Positions 28,932 to 38,182 of a stretch of DNA of 45,509 nucleotides are shown here, piece after piece (within the stretch, counting starts at the first letter, position 1; every line of letters starts with the position of its first letter). Both the position numbers and the translations under genes were made by a program. The notes under the pieces are model-generated. The model ran no database searches and was not told the origin of the DNA. It saw only the letters and a list, made by a program, of their open reading frames with translations. The stretch is from assembly GCA_001787005.1 (NCBI GenBank), contig MFUV01000010.1, positions 158,235-203,743 of the forward strand, read 5' to 3'. Source of the stretch: Candidatus Nomurabacteria bacterium RIFCSPLOWO2_01_FULL_39_18 (GTDB lineage: Bacteria > Patescibacteriota > Minisyncoccia > Phycocordibacterales > UBA9973).

Positions 28932-29459
28932 ATGAAAACGAATATAGGTCGCACATTTGAAGAAATATATGAAAATGAATCAGATACTATATTCCGATTT
29001 TGCTTGGTTCGCGTGTCCAACCGTGAACAGGCATTGGATATCATGCAGGAAACTTTCCTGCGCCTGTGGCAAACCCTGTCTCAAGAAAAAAAAATATTGA
29101 ATTGTAGAGCCTTTCTTTTCACAATAGCCCATCGTTTGATAATTGACTGGTATCGCAAGAAGAAAAGCTTTTCCCTAGACAGACTCATGAGCAATAACAA
29201 TGAGACAGGGTACGATTTGCCAGATGAAACGATAGAGAGTAGCCCAGAGCTCGGAGCAGAAGGCAGGTACCTCCTAGAGAAGCTCTACGACCTCGATCCG
29301 TCTTATCAGTATCCAGTTTACCTCCGTTTTGTGGAAGGTCTCTCCCCTGGAGAAATAGGAAGTATCTTGGGCATTACCGCCAACGCAACGTCAGTCCGGA
29401 TCAATAGAGGGTTGCTGGAACTGCGTAAGAAAACAGGATACGATAAAATGGAACAATAA
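28932..29459 (+). CDS. ECF RNA polymerase sigma factor
   Basis: Region 2 DIMQETFLRLW, AFLFTIAHRLIIDWYRK; region 4 EGLSPGEIGSILG...VRINRG. Confidence 0.93.
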   Translation: MKTNIGRTFEEIYENESDTIFRFCLVRVSNREQALDIMQETFLRLWQTLSQEKKILNCRAFLFTIAHRLIIDWYRKKKSFSLDRLMSNNNETGYDLPDETIESSPELGAEGRYLLEKLYDLDPSYQYPVYLRFVEGLSPGEIGSILGITANATSVRINRGLLELRKKTGYDKMEQ

Positions 29460-29463
29460 GAAA

Positions 29464-30489
29464 ATGAAAGAAGAAAAATTAAATGCAAAATTAAATACCG
29501 GGATAGCAGAAATTCGCAAGATCAAGATGACTAGAGAGGAAAGAGGGCGCGCGCTAGAGAACATCCTTCATTCCCCCGCCCTACCTATACCGAGCCCTTG
29601 GGGTTTTAGTTCGTTTATAATTTTAATACAGAAAAATAATCGCCTGTTATCTTACATAGTTGCCTCTTGCCTGATCCTCATTTTGGGCGGTGGTGGAGCA
29701 GTTTACGCTTCTTTCGACAGCTTGCCAGGAAGTGCTCTTTATCCGCTGAAAGTAAATATCGTTGAGCCGATTTCCTACTCTCTTACTTTTTCCCTAGAGG
29801 GCAAAGCAGAGTATGAGAGCACTCTCGCCATGATGCGCTTGATTGAAGCGGAAACTCTGGCCGACCGCGGAGAGCTTGATGCTGAAAAAGAAAAAATACT
29901 AACCGATCTCTTAGAGATTCATACTTCATCACTGGAGAGAAATCTTGGCAAAATCAAGCCATCCGAAAATGAGGAAGACGAAGAAAGAAATAATAAAATT
30001 ATTACCAACTTCCATTCTGGGATGAATGCGCATGCGAGGCTCCTAGACATCATTCGCGCGGGTGAAGAAAATGCAGAAGAAAATAATGAGAAAATTCAAA
30101 ATACCGCAATTTCAAAATCCGCGCAGGCAAACGCCAGTAAAATAAAAAATTCTTTTAAAAAAGAAAGCATCGAAGAGAACGATGATGTTAAAATACAAAA
30201 TAGATATGCTAAAAAGAAAAATGCAGTGCAGTCCATAATTGACAGAACTTCTAAAAATCTCGATCTTAATATTAACAATGAATCTCGGGGGAGAAAAAGA
30301 ATTATTGATGACACGAACAAAACACTGGAAGAAGCCAAGAGATTTCTAAAAGAGGCAGAAGAGAAAGAGAAAAAGGGAGAAAGGGTGAATGCTTATTCTA
30401 AACTGCTGGATTCTGAAGTGACTGCTAGAGAAGCGGATATTTTCCTCCAATCAGGACTTAAATTGAAATGGAAAAATAGTCGTAAGTAA
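29464..30489 (+). CDS. Putative anti-sigma factor, single TM plus DUF5667-like domain
   Basis: Directly follows the ECF gene; TM then SLPGSALYPLK..E, RL.EA. Confidence 0.75.
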   Translation: MKEEKLNAKLNTGIAEIRKIKMTREERGRALENILHSPALPIPSPWGFSSFIILIQKNNRLLSYIVASCLILILGGGGAVYASFDSLPGSALYPLKVNIVEPISYSLTFSLEGKAEYESTLAMMRLIEAETLADRGELDAEKEKILTDLLEIHTSSLERNLGKIKPSENEEDEERNNKIITNFHSGMNAHARLLDIIRAGEENAEENNEKIQNTAISKSAQANASKIKNSFKKESIEENDDVKIQNRYAKKKNAVQSIIDRTSKNLDLNINNESRGRKRIIDDTNKTLEEAKRFLKEAEEKEKKGERVNAYSKLLDSEVTAREADIFLQSGLKLKWKNSRK

Positions 30490-30550
30490 GAGGTTGAATG
30501 TGCCTAACCAGCGTTTGCTTCCATTCACGTAAAGATGTATAATACAATTT

Positions 30551-31339
30551 ATGAAAAAAATAGTCATGTTTGTTTCTGTTTTATCTTTAATTTTAAACGT
30601 TAATTTGACGTTTGCGAAACCTGCCGACAAAGGTTTTAAGCTCCCTTCTAATGCGATAGAGGTCACACCCAATGTCTTTAGCTTGGGTGAGGCATATGAT
30701 ATGAAGTCTCATAAATTAGTACAAGGCTATGCCATCGTGCATAAAAAAAACGGGCAAGCAAGGGGCGGCAACGCGAAACCGAAAGGCAGTACGACGTGCT
30801 ATGCAGTAATGGCAAACGGAGCAAAGTGGAAAAATGTAGAAGATTGGGAAGTTTTTCCAGGCGCCGGGCTTGATGGAAATTTTCTTCTTGATAGATTAAC
30901 GCACAGCATCAATACTTGGGAAACTGCCGCTGTGAATCAAAATATTTTAGGCTCGGGAAGTCTGGGTATCGGACCAGTCGTTGACCCATATACCCTGGAC
31001 AATGAAAATCAAGTCTCTTTTGGAACACTTGAAAGTGGCACAATTGCAGTGACAGTAGTCTGGGGAATTTTCGGAGGACCTACATCCAATAGAAAGCTTG
31101 TTGCTTGGGATCAAATTTATAATACAAACTTCCAGTGGACAGAAGATGCTCTCATAGAAACTGGCAAAATGGATTTCTGGAACATCGCTATCCACGAACT
31201 CGGACACAGCATGGGGTTGAAAGACATTTACAATTCTTCTTGTTCTGATGTGACAATGTATGGATACGGCACAGAAGGAGAAACAAAAAAGAGAGACTTA
31301 GCTCCCGCGGATATCACTGGAATAAATATTCTTTATTAA
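30551..31339 (+). CDS. Secreted matrixin-like (M10) zinc metallopeptidase
   Basis: HELGHSMGLKD, Met-turn TMY, L...DI.GI..LY. Confidence 0.85.
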   Translation: MKKIVMFVSVLSLILNVNLTFAKPADKGFKLPSNAIEVTPNVFSLGEAYDMKSHKLVQGYAIVHKKNGQARGGNAKPKGSTTCYAVMANGAKWKNVEDWEVFPGAGLDGNFLLDRLTHSINTWETAAVNQNILGSGSLGIGPVVDPYTLDNENQVSFGTLESGTIAVTVVWGIFGGPTSNRKLVAWDQIYNTNFQWTEDALIETGKMDFWNIAIHELGHSMGLKDIYNSSCSDVTMYGYGTEGETKKRDLAPADITGINILY

Positions 31340-31357
31340 AAATATGGCATTTTTACC

Positions 31358-31388
31358 AAAAATCCTGACATAAAAATCAGGGTTTTTG
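31358..31388 (+). terminator. Probable intrinsic terminator
   Basis: AAAAATCCTGA...TCAGGGTTTTT. Confidence 0.6.
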
Positions 31389-31530
31389 ATATCCACAGGA
31401 TATCCACCCTTGGCGCTAAATTGTTTGACAAATCTAGAAAATCGTGCTAGGCTCTGCATTGAATTGAAGGTTTTATTTCATAAATTATTATCAACAAAGT
31501 CGTATTTTATAAGATTATTTTTTAAAATTT

Positions 31531-34500
31531 ATGCAAAAAATATTATCTCGTTTGCTTTCGTTTGTATTTGTACTTGCACTCTTTGTACCAGCATACTTTG
31601 CTTTAGCTGATAATGGATCAGTCTTTATTGATACCATCAACGGCAACCCTCCAGGAAGCACATGTATCGCCGGTGCTATTACTGTCACTGGTCATGGAAT
31701 TGAGGGTTCTAACGGAGGACCATACCACCTTGATATTGATTGGGGAGATGGATTTATAACTACAATAGATCTTCCTAGTGGAGGTGATCATCCATTTACT
31801 TTCACCGCAACACACACCCCAACGCAAGTAACTACTACTTTTGGAGTTTTTCTATATCACGGAAGCAATAGTGGAAATGATGCTCATGCAGAAATTACTA
31901 CTTTTTGCGCTACTCCACCGACAACAGCTGTACTTACTGTCAAAAAACATGTTGTAAACGACAATGGTGGAGTAGCTACTGCTCCTAATTTCAACATGCA
32001 TGTTAAAAATTCTTCAAATGTTGAAGTACCAGATGGTGGCAACGGGGTTTCAAGTCCAACATCCGGATCTGAGACAGGAAAAGATTTTATTATTACTCCA
32101 GATGGAGGGATCTACACAGTAAGTGAAGACGCTCTCGTTGGTTATACGCAGACAGGAGCTGTCGGGGATTGTGCTACAACCCTTGTTGCTGGAAATAATT
32201 ATATTTGTACGATTACCAACGATGACAATGTTCCTCTGCCGTCGACCCTTACCCTAGTAAAAACAGTTACCAATGACAACGGCGGCACAGCAGTCACTGC
32301 TAACTTTCAAGGAAAAATTGATGGTGGGAACGTTCCCTGGGCATCTGCTCAAACAGTTTCTGCTGGAGCTCACACTGCTTCTGAAACAGGCCTAGCCGGA
32401 TATGCAGCCGGAGCATGGGGCGGAGATTGTGATGCTGATGGTTCCGTCACACTTCTAGCGGGTGAAAACAAAATTTGCACGATCACCAACGACGACCAGC
32501 AAGCATACATTGTTATAAATAAAATCGTTGTAAATGATAACGGTGGAGAAGCAAGTGCTAACGAATTCCTTTTGAAAGTTGATGGTAACGCAGTTTCAGA
32601 TGAGGTTGCATTCGCAGTTAACCCGGGCGCTCATGTAGCAAGCGAGACAAACATCCCCGGATACACGGCTGGGGCGTGGGGTGGAGACTGCGATCAAAAT
32701 GGCAATGTCACAGCTATTCTCGGTCAAACAAAAACTTGCATTATAACCAATAATGACCAAATGCCATCTCTTACTTTAAACAAGGAACTTGTGCAAGACA
32801 ATGGCGGAGATTTGTTTGATGATATTTTAGACTTTATTCTCTCCGCAACTGGACCTGTTAATCTTTCAGGCACAGACGGTGTCACAAGTGGAAATGATTT
32901 TGAAACTGGAGAATATGAACTTGGAGAGGATGGTCCTGCTGGATATACAGCAAGCACTTGGGAATGTACTGGCGGCTCACTCGAAGGCAATTCTCTCTCG
33001 ATCGCTCTTGGAGAAGAAGTTAACTGTACTATCGTCAATGACGACAACCAAGCAACTTTGACTGTAATTAAAGAAGTTGAAAACAATGACGGCGGAGAAT
33101 TAAATGCCGAAGATTTTACCCTTTATATTGACAGTGATGAAGTAACTTCCGGTACTGAAAATTCTCTTGATGCAGGCGAATATACTATAAGTGAAGATGA
33201 AGTTGATGGATATGTGGGCACTATCGGCGGAGACTGCGCGGCTGATGGATCTATCACCCTTTCTCCTGGAGAAGATGCGACTTGCACCATTACAAATGAC
33301 GATGTTGCGCCTGGGCTCACTGTTATTAAATCTGTAACCAACGACAACGGCGGAGAGCTTGAAGTCGCAGACTTCACACTTTATATTGATGCAAACATCG
33401 TTACAAGCGGAAATAGCAATGTGCTAGAAGCTGGCAGCTACGTTGTAAGCGAAGGTCCAGTATCAGGCTACGAAGGTACTATCGGCGGAGACTGTGATGA
33501 AAATGGAAATGTAACACTCGATGTTGGCGACACAAAAGTCTGCACCATTACGAATGATGATGTTGCGCCATCTCTTACACTTGTAAAACAAGTTGTGAAT
33601 GACAACGGCGGAGACGCAGATGAAGTAGACTGGGCACTCTCTGCAAATGGCGATAACGAAAGTCCTTCAAATATCTCTGGCGCGGGAGGAGTTATAAGCG
33701 ATGAAACTTTCCAAGCAGATACATACACACTTTCTGAGACAAGCGGTCCAGATGGCTACGAAGCAGGTGAATGGTCTTGTGTTAAAGATTCAGTACCCGT
33801 TCTTGGCAATACTGTTACCCTATCTATCGGTCAAAGTGCGACTTGTACTATAGTAAACGATGACATCGCGCCATCTTTAACCTTAGACAAAGAAGTTATA
33901 AATGATGACAATGGAGATGAAAGCGCTTCTGCTTGGGAACTCACTGCTTCTGGCCCAACTCCAATCTCTGGAGAAGGTAACGCCTCAAGTGGCGATGACT
34001 TCGATGCTGGCACTTACACGCTCTCTGAAAGTGGTCCCGACGGCTATACCGCGAGCGACTGGCTCTGCATTGGTGGCACTCAAGAAGGCAGCACTATCAC
34101 CCTAGCATTGGGAGAGTCTGCAGAATGTACTATCACCAATGACGACAATGAACCAGAAACAGGAACTATCGTTATAGTGAAAAATGTTGAAGGCGAAGAT
34201 GATACTTTCAGTTTTGAAAATAATTTTGTAGAAGGCTTAATCCAGATCACTACAGTACAGGGCACAGGTTCAGAGACATTCTCTGGCCTCACACCTGGAG
34301 TTTACTCGCTTGCTGAAATTGTGCCAGAGGGATGGGATCTCGCGAGTGCTGTCTGTTCAGATGAATCCAATCCTGCTTCTATCGGTCTTGGCGGAGATGA
34401 AACAGTTACCTGCATCTTCACAAATACGGCAGAAGAAGTAACACAGTGTTCTGACCAAGGTGATAATGACGATGATGAACTTATAGATTCCGCTGATCCT

Positions 34501-35016
34501 GGCTGTCACACCGACAATGACCCGAATAATTCTGAATCATATGATGCAAACGATGATGACGAAGGCAATGATGATGATAATAACACGACAACCTCCACTT
34601 CAGGAAGCCGTAGAACCTCTCAAGGTCGAGTCTTGGGCGCTACGACAGAGCTCTGCACTTGGAATGTGGACACCTACATGCGCAAAGGATACAAGAATGA
34701 TCAGAGCCAAGTTATGATATTGCAACAAGATTTATTGAATGGCTACCTGAATTCAGGGCTTGTGGTTGACGGATTATTCGGTCCCCTAACTGAAGCTGCC
34801 GTAAAAGCTTTCCAAGTAGCAAAGAAAGACAGAATCCTAGCTCCTTGGGGTTTAACGCTTCCAACAGGCATCTTCTATAAGACGACTTTAGTCGAAGCTA
34901 AGAATACAATCTGCCCAGATGTTATTCTGCCGATTCCAACGGACTTGATTAACTGGAGCCAGAACCCAGGTCAAGTTCCTCCTCCAGTAGCTTCTGTTAT
35001 TTCTGCTACGCAATAA
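31531..35016 (+). CDS. Large secreted surface protein with ~9 SpaA/prealbumin-like repeats, a Cys/Asp repeat and a PG-binding domain
   Basis: Repeats LT..K.V.NDNGG...CTI.NDD; QCSDQGDNDDD...DPGCH; DGLFGPLTEAAVKAFQ. Confidence 0.87.
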   Translation: MQKILSRLLSFVFVLALFVPAYFALADNGSVFIDTINGNPPGSTCIAGAITVTGHGIEGSNGGPYHLDIDWGDGFITTIDLPSGGDHPFTFTATHTPTQVTTTFGVFLYHGSNSGNDAHAEITTFCATPPTTAVLTVKKHVVNDNGGVATAPNFNMHVKNSSNVEVPDGGNGVSSPTSGSETGKDFIITPDGGIYTVSEDALVGYTQTGAVGDCATTLVAGNNYICTITNDDNVPLPSTLTLVKTVTNDNGGTAVTANFQGKIDGGNVPWASAQTVSAGAHTASETGLAGYAAGAWGGDCDADGSVTLLAGENKICTITNDDQQAYIVINKIVVNDNGGEASANEFLLKVDGNAVSDEVAFAVNPGAHVASETNIPGYTAGAWGGDCDQNGNVTAILGQTKTCIITNNDQMPSLTLNKELVQDNGGDLFDDILDFILSATGPVNLSGTDGVTSGNDFETGEYELGEDGPAGYTASTWECTGGSLEGNSLSIALGEEVNCTIVNDDNQATLTVIKEVENNDGGELNAEDFTLYIDSDEVTSGTENSLDAGEYTISEDEVDGYVGTIGGDCAADGSITLSPGEDATCTITNDDVAPGLTVIKSVTNDNGGELEVADFTLYIDANIVTSGNSNVLEAGSYVVSEGPVSGYEGTIGGDCDENGNVTLDVGDTKVCTITNDDVAPSLTLVKQVVNDNGGDADEVDWALSANGDNESPSNISGAGGVISDETFQADTYTLSETSGPDGYEAGEWSCVKDSVPVLGNTVTLSIGQSATCTIVNDDIAPSLTLDKEVINDDNGDESASAWELTASGPTPISGEGNASSGDDFDAGTYTLSESGPDGYTASDWLCIGGTQEGSTITLALGESAECTITNDDNEPETGTIVIVKNVEGEDDTFSFENNFVEGLIQITTVQGTGSETFSGLTPGVYSLAEIVPEGWDLASAVCSDESNPASIGLGGDETVTCIFTNTAEEVTQCSDQGDNDDDELIDSADPGCHTDNDPNNSESYDANDDDEGNDDDNNTTTSTSGSRRTSQGRVLGATTELCTWNVDTYMRKGYKNDQSQVMILQQDLLNGYLNSGLVVDGLFGPLTEAAVKAFQVAKKDRILAPWGLTLPTGIFYKTTLVEAKNTICPDVILPIPTDLINWSQNPGQVPPPVASVISATQ

Positions 35017-35042
35017 ATCTGTAAATCCGGGAAAGATTATTC

Positions 35043-35080
35043 CACAAAACCCCTCCGGCTTGAGTCGGAGGGGTTTTGTG
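35043..35080 (+). terminator. Intrinsic terminator
   Basis: CACAAAACCCCTCCGGC...GTCGGAGGGGTTTTGTG. Confidence 0.85.
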
Positions 35081-35172
35081 TTGTGTAATTCCTGCAAATA
35101 CTTTAAAATTAGTACATCAGCAGATGTTATTATAATATTGACACTGTGCCTAAAATAATGTATAATTAAAAG

Positions 35173-36225
35173 ATGTTAAAATTCTTAGAGAAAGTAGTCC
35201 ATACGGTAATCCCCCACGAAAAGAATAGAAATGTCCCGCATCTGCTTCAAAAGAAATTCGTCGCCCTCCTTTCCGTACTTATCGTGGTCCTTTTTTATTT
35301 CAATCAGAATAACTTCGAGATTATACGAGAACTCAATTTAACTGGAGCAGTGTATCCGGGCGTTCTGGCTGACCTCACTAATAAAGACCGCGCAATTGAA
35401 GGAATGCCCGATCTAGCATGGAGCGACACCCTCGAGAATGCCGCGAGAATGAAAGCGGAAGATATGATACAAAACAGCTATTTCGCGCATACTAGTCCTT
35501 CCGGCGTTACTCCTTGGTATTGGCTGACGAAAGCCAACTACAGTTTCGTGTATGCTGGAGAAAATCTAGCGATAGACTTCAGAGAATCATCCAGGGTAGA
35601 GAAGGCTTGGCTTGATTCCCCTACCCACAGAGCCAATGTGCTTAGCCCTCGTTTTACTGAAATGGGTATCATGGCTCTAGACGGATCCTTTGAAGGAAGA
35701 AACACGACTTTCGTTGTTGAATATTTCGGCAAACCTATAGCATTTGCATTGCCTGAAACAAACACAAATACAGTAACATCTGAAACCACCGCATCGCTAG
35801 TGAAACCTGGAGCGGAGCTAGAGCCAGAAGTCGCTGGCGTTTCGGCTGAAAATTCTAAAACAGAAACACCGAAGGTAGAAACACCAAAAGTGGTGCCAGT
35901 CAAAATAATCGAAGAGAAGGATGAACCTACAGCCAAATTTGTCGTCGCGCAAAATATAGATTTAGTGGATAAATCAATACCAGAGAGCTTGAACCCGGGA
36001 GAAAATAAACCTCTCTCCACCTGGTATACACGCCTTATTGTAAGCCCTACCAATGCGATCAAAACCATCTATAGCACTATCTTGGGATTGATCTTGATGG
36101 CAATGATGCTCATGGTCTCCAAGGAATATCAAAGACACCACACCAAGCATCTAGTAATGGGCTTAATGCTAATGGCTTTAATCGGAGTATCCCTTTACTT
36201 CCTAAATTCTCCGGTGTTCGTTTAA
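35173..36225 (+). CDS. Membrane-anchored CAP/SCP domain protein
   Basis: TNKDR, YFAHTSP, YAGENLA, WLDSPTHRANVL; N- and C-terminal TMs. Confidence 0.9.
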   Translation: MLKFLEKVVHTVIPHEKNRNVPHLLQKKFVALLSVLIVVLFYFNQNNFEIIRELNLTGAVYPGVLADLTNKDRAIEGMPDLAWSDTLENAARMKAEDMIQNSYFAHTSPSGVTPWYWLTKANYSFVYAGENLAIDFRESSRVEKAWLDSPTHRANVLSPRFTEMGIMALDGSFEGRNTTFVVEYFGKPIAFALPETNTNTVTSETTASLVKPGAELEPEVAGVSAENSKTETPKVETPKVVPVKIIEEKDEPTAKFVVAQNIDLVDKSIPESLNPGENKPLSTWYTRLIVSPTNAIKTIYSTILGLILMAMMLMVSKEYQRHHTKHLVMGLMLMALIGVSLYFLNSPVFV

Positions 36226-36231
36226 TCAACC

Positions 36232-36342
36232 TTATCTAGCCTTTTTCGCAAGCATGGCTCGCTTGATCGCCAGCCTTTTCTTGGTCTTATGAGACCGTCT
36301 TGATTTCTTTTTTGGACTAAGTGTTGTGCCTCGTTTTGCCAT
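36232..36342 (-). CDS. 36-aa highly basic small protein
   Basis: MAKRGTTLSPKKKSRRSHKTKKRLAIKRAMLAKKAR*; fills the intergenic gap, with TATAAT ~40 nt upstream; below the track cutoff. Confidence 0.6.
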   Translation of the reverse strand: MAKRGTTLSPKKKSRRSHKTKKRLAIKRAMLAKKAR

Positions 36343-36392
36343 ATAATTTTTGTTAATAATAATCTAGCTATATAGCTATATTATACCCTAAA

Positions 36393-36656
36393 TCAAAAAA
36401 ACCTGTAAATATCCTTATGGTGCCCTATGTATAAAAAAGTCGTAGAATCTCCTTCGAAATGAAAAACAATTCGATATGTTCCATCGACACGAAAACTCCA
36501 AAGATTATTTTTCTTTGGCATCAACTTTTCTGTATTGAGTGATGGGTAAAAAATATTTTCTTGAAAAATTCTTTCCTGTCTTTCTGCTTTGAGTTTTATA
36601 ATGGAAGGAAGATTTTTATATAGAGAAACAAACTTTTTCGTATAAAATATCTTCAT
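36393..36656 (-). CDS. RelE/ParE-family toxin
   Basis: I.YTKKF...YK.L, PSL.TEKL, WSFRV...YRIVF, IGHH.IY. Confidence 0.85.
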   Translation of the reverse strand: MKIFYTKKFVSLYKNLPSIIKLKAERQERIFQENIFYPSLNTEKLMPKKNNLWSFRVDGTYRIVFHFEGDSTTFLYIGHHKDIYRFF

Positions 36657-36664
36657 AACAACAA

Positions 36665-36862
36665 TTACCTAAAATCTCTAAGATTTTTCCCTCTTACCAG
36701 CTTTCTGGATTTCATTTCACGGATAGACTGACTTAAATCCTTCAGAAATTTGGGTTGGAAAAGACCAAGTGAACCGGCAATCCTTTCAAGCGCAGACAAA
36801 TCAACACTCACAGAGTATTTTTTGGAAATTGGATTTTTGGTTGTTATTGTCATCAGATTCAT
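36665..36862 (-). CDS. Putative antitoxin
   Basis: 65-aa ORF directly upstream of the RelE-like toxin. Confidence 0.65.
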   Translation of the reverse strand: MNLMTITTKNPISKKYSVSVDLSALERIAGSLGLFQPKFLKDLSQSIREMKSRKLVRGKNLRDFR

Positions 36863-36974
36863 AACTCTATATTATCAAATCTTGCAAAAAAGAGCAAATC
36901 AAGGAAAATCGAAAAACTTCCAAAAACTTTGGAAAAATATATGGGGGCTCTTAATTGGTGAGAGATGTAAAAAA

Positions 36975-37583
36975 TTAAAGTTTATCTAGAAGACCCTTAC
37001 CCGGGGCACGGGGTTGACCTTTCATTTCAGTCGACACATTAGTGAAATCTATACCCATTTTTTTCATCTTTGCTCTCCCGGGTTCCAATTTTTGTTTTAT
37101 CTCACTTAGTGCCTCATCGGCTTTCCTGTGCATGGCTACGGTTGCCATAGGAGAATCGATTTTTGCAAGTTCTCTTTCGCCCATTGGTTGACCTCTATTT
37201 TTAAAATTATTTTCAATATCCATCCCTACGAGCTTGACTTCCCTTTCTGAGAACTTTTCAAGATTGTCCAGATTTATTTTTATCAACACAGCACCACCTT
37301 TCATTGATGCCATGATGGCGCGTTTTTTAGTATCTTCGGTTGCCTTTAGATACTCTTCAAAAAATATCTCTTCTTTTTTGATTAAGTTCACAGTCTCCAC
37401 TCTGCGTTTTTCAATTTCGTCAAGTTGCTCTTTGATATATGGCTCGATGTCCTTTAACTCTTCTGAAATATCTTTTCTAGCTTGACCAGGCGCAACTCCC
37501 TCGAGAACTTTAGCACCGATAGCAACACCAGCAACTTTAACAACGTCCCCCGTAATTTCTCTTAGAAATGTTCGTCTATCCAT
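36975..37583 (-). CDS. Hypothetical helical protein with twin-arginine-like N-terminus
   Basis: MDRRTFL followed by a weakly hydrophobic segment. Confidence 0.65.
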   Translation of the reverse strand: MDRRTFLREITGDVVKVAGVAIGAKVLEGVAPGQARKDISEELKDIEPYIKEQLDEIEKRRVETVNLIKKEEIFFEEYLKATEDTKKRAIMASMKGGAVLIKINLDNLEKFSEREVKLVGMDIENNFKNRGQPMGERELAKIDSPMATVAMHRKADEALSEIKQKLEPGRAKMKKMGIDFTNVSTEMKGQPRAPGKGLLDKL

Positions 37584-37594
37584 ATTATTTAGAA

Positions 37595-38059
37595 TTATTT
37601 TTTTCCGTATACAGGGTTCTGCCTTTTAAGCATTTCCGCATTTCTTATTTCTCTCAATTCTTCTTCCCCTAATCCTGTTTTTTGAACAACTTTTGCTATA
37701 ATTCTTATTCTATCTTCAACCGTCAATGAGTCTTCTTTTTGTGAGCCACCTTTTTCTGGAAGTACTATGCCTAAAAGTTCGTCAACGATTTTATTATAAT
37801 CACCAGTGAATACATCCTTTTTGTCTTTATTTTCTCTTAAACTTTGCACTATAGAAGTATATTGATTTTCATAATCAAGTTCTTGCGCAAGCTTTTTCTG
37901 CGCAACCGAAAGAGCTTCCCTTGGATTTTTAATATCCCCAAAAGAAGCAGATGGATTGCGTCCACGTTCTCTTTGTCTTTCCCCGTGCGTTACAACATAA
38001 TTTGGGTTATCTTTGCCTTTATCTTACCCTAAATTAAACATTTCGGTTTTTGTTTTCAT
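37595..38059 (-). pseudogene. Hypothetical protein with in-frame TAA at codon 12
   Basis: MKTKTEMFNLG*DKGKDNPNY... stays open in frame into track ORF 37595..37849; TAA at 38024-38026. Confidence 0.55.
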
Positions 38060-38132
38060 ATTTTTTATATTTAAATAATAATACCTAAATTGTACCCCCC
38101 CCAACAGCGAAAGTCAAACGAGTTGGGATTAA

Positions 38133-38167
38133 GCTAAAAAGACCATCTTTTAGATGGTCTTTTTAGC
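38133..38167 (-). terminator. Intrinsic terminator
   Basis: GCTAAAAAGACCATCT-TTT-AGATGGTCTTTTTAGC. Confidence 0.85.
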
Positions 38168-38182
38168 AACGTGAGCTTAAGC

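Noticed and set aside
31900-34450. Repeated AACGACAACGGCGG-like DNA units as a possible CRISPR array or DGR
   Set aside because: They are degenerate codons of protein repeats ~250-300 bp apart; there are no identical repeats with spacers, no cas genes and no reverse transcriptase
35538-36068. 176-aa antisense ORF, and similar shadows over the large genes
   Set aside because: Antisense to well-supported CDSs, with no recognisable motifs
17840-38059. Alternative genetic code explaining the in-frame stops
   Set aside because: TAA, TAG and TGA all terminate conserved genes in this window, and Trp is encoded by TGG
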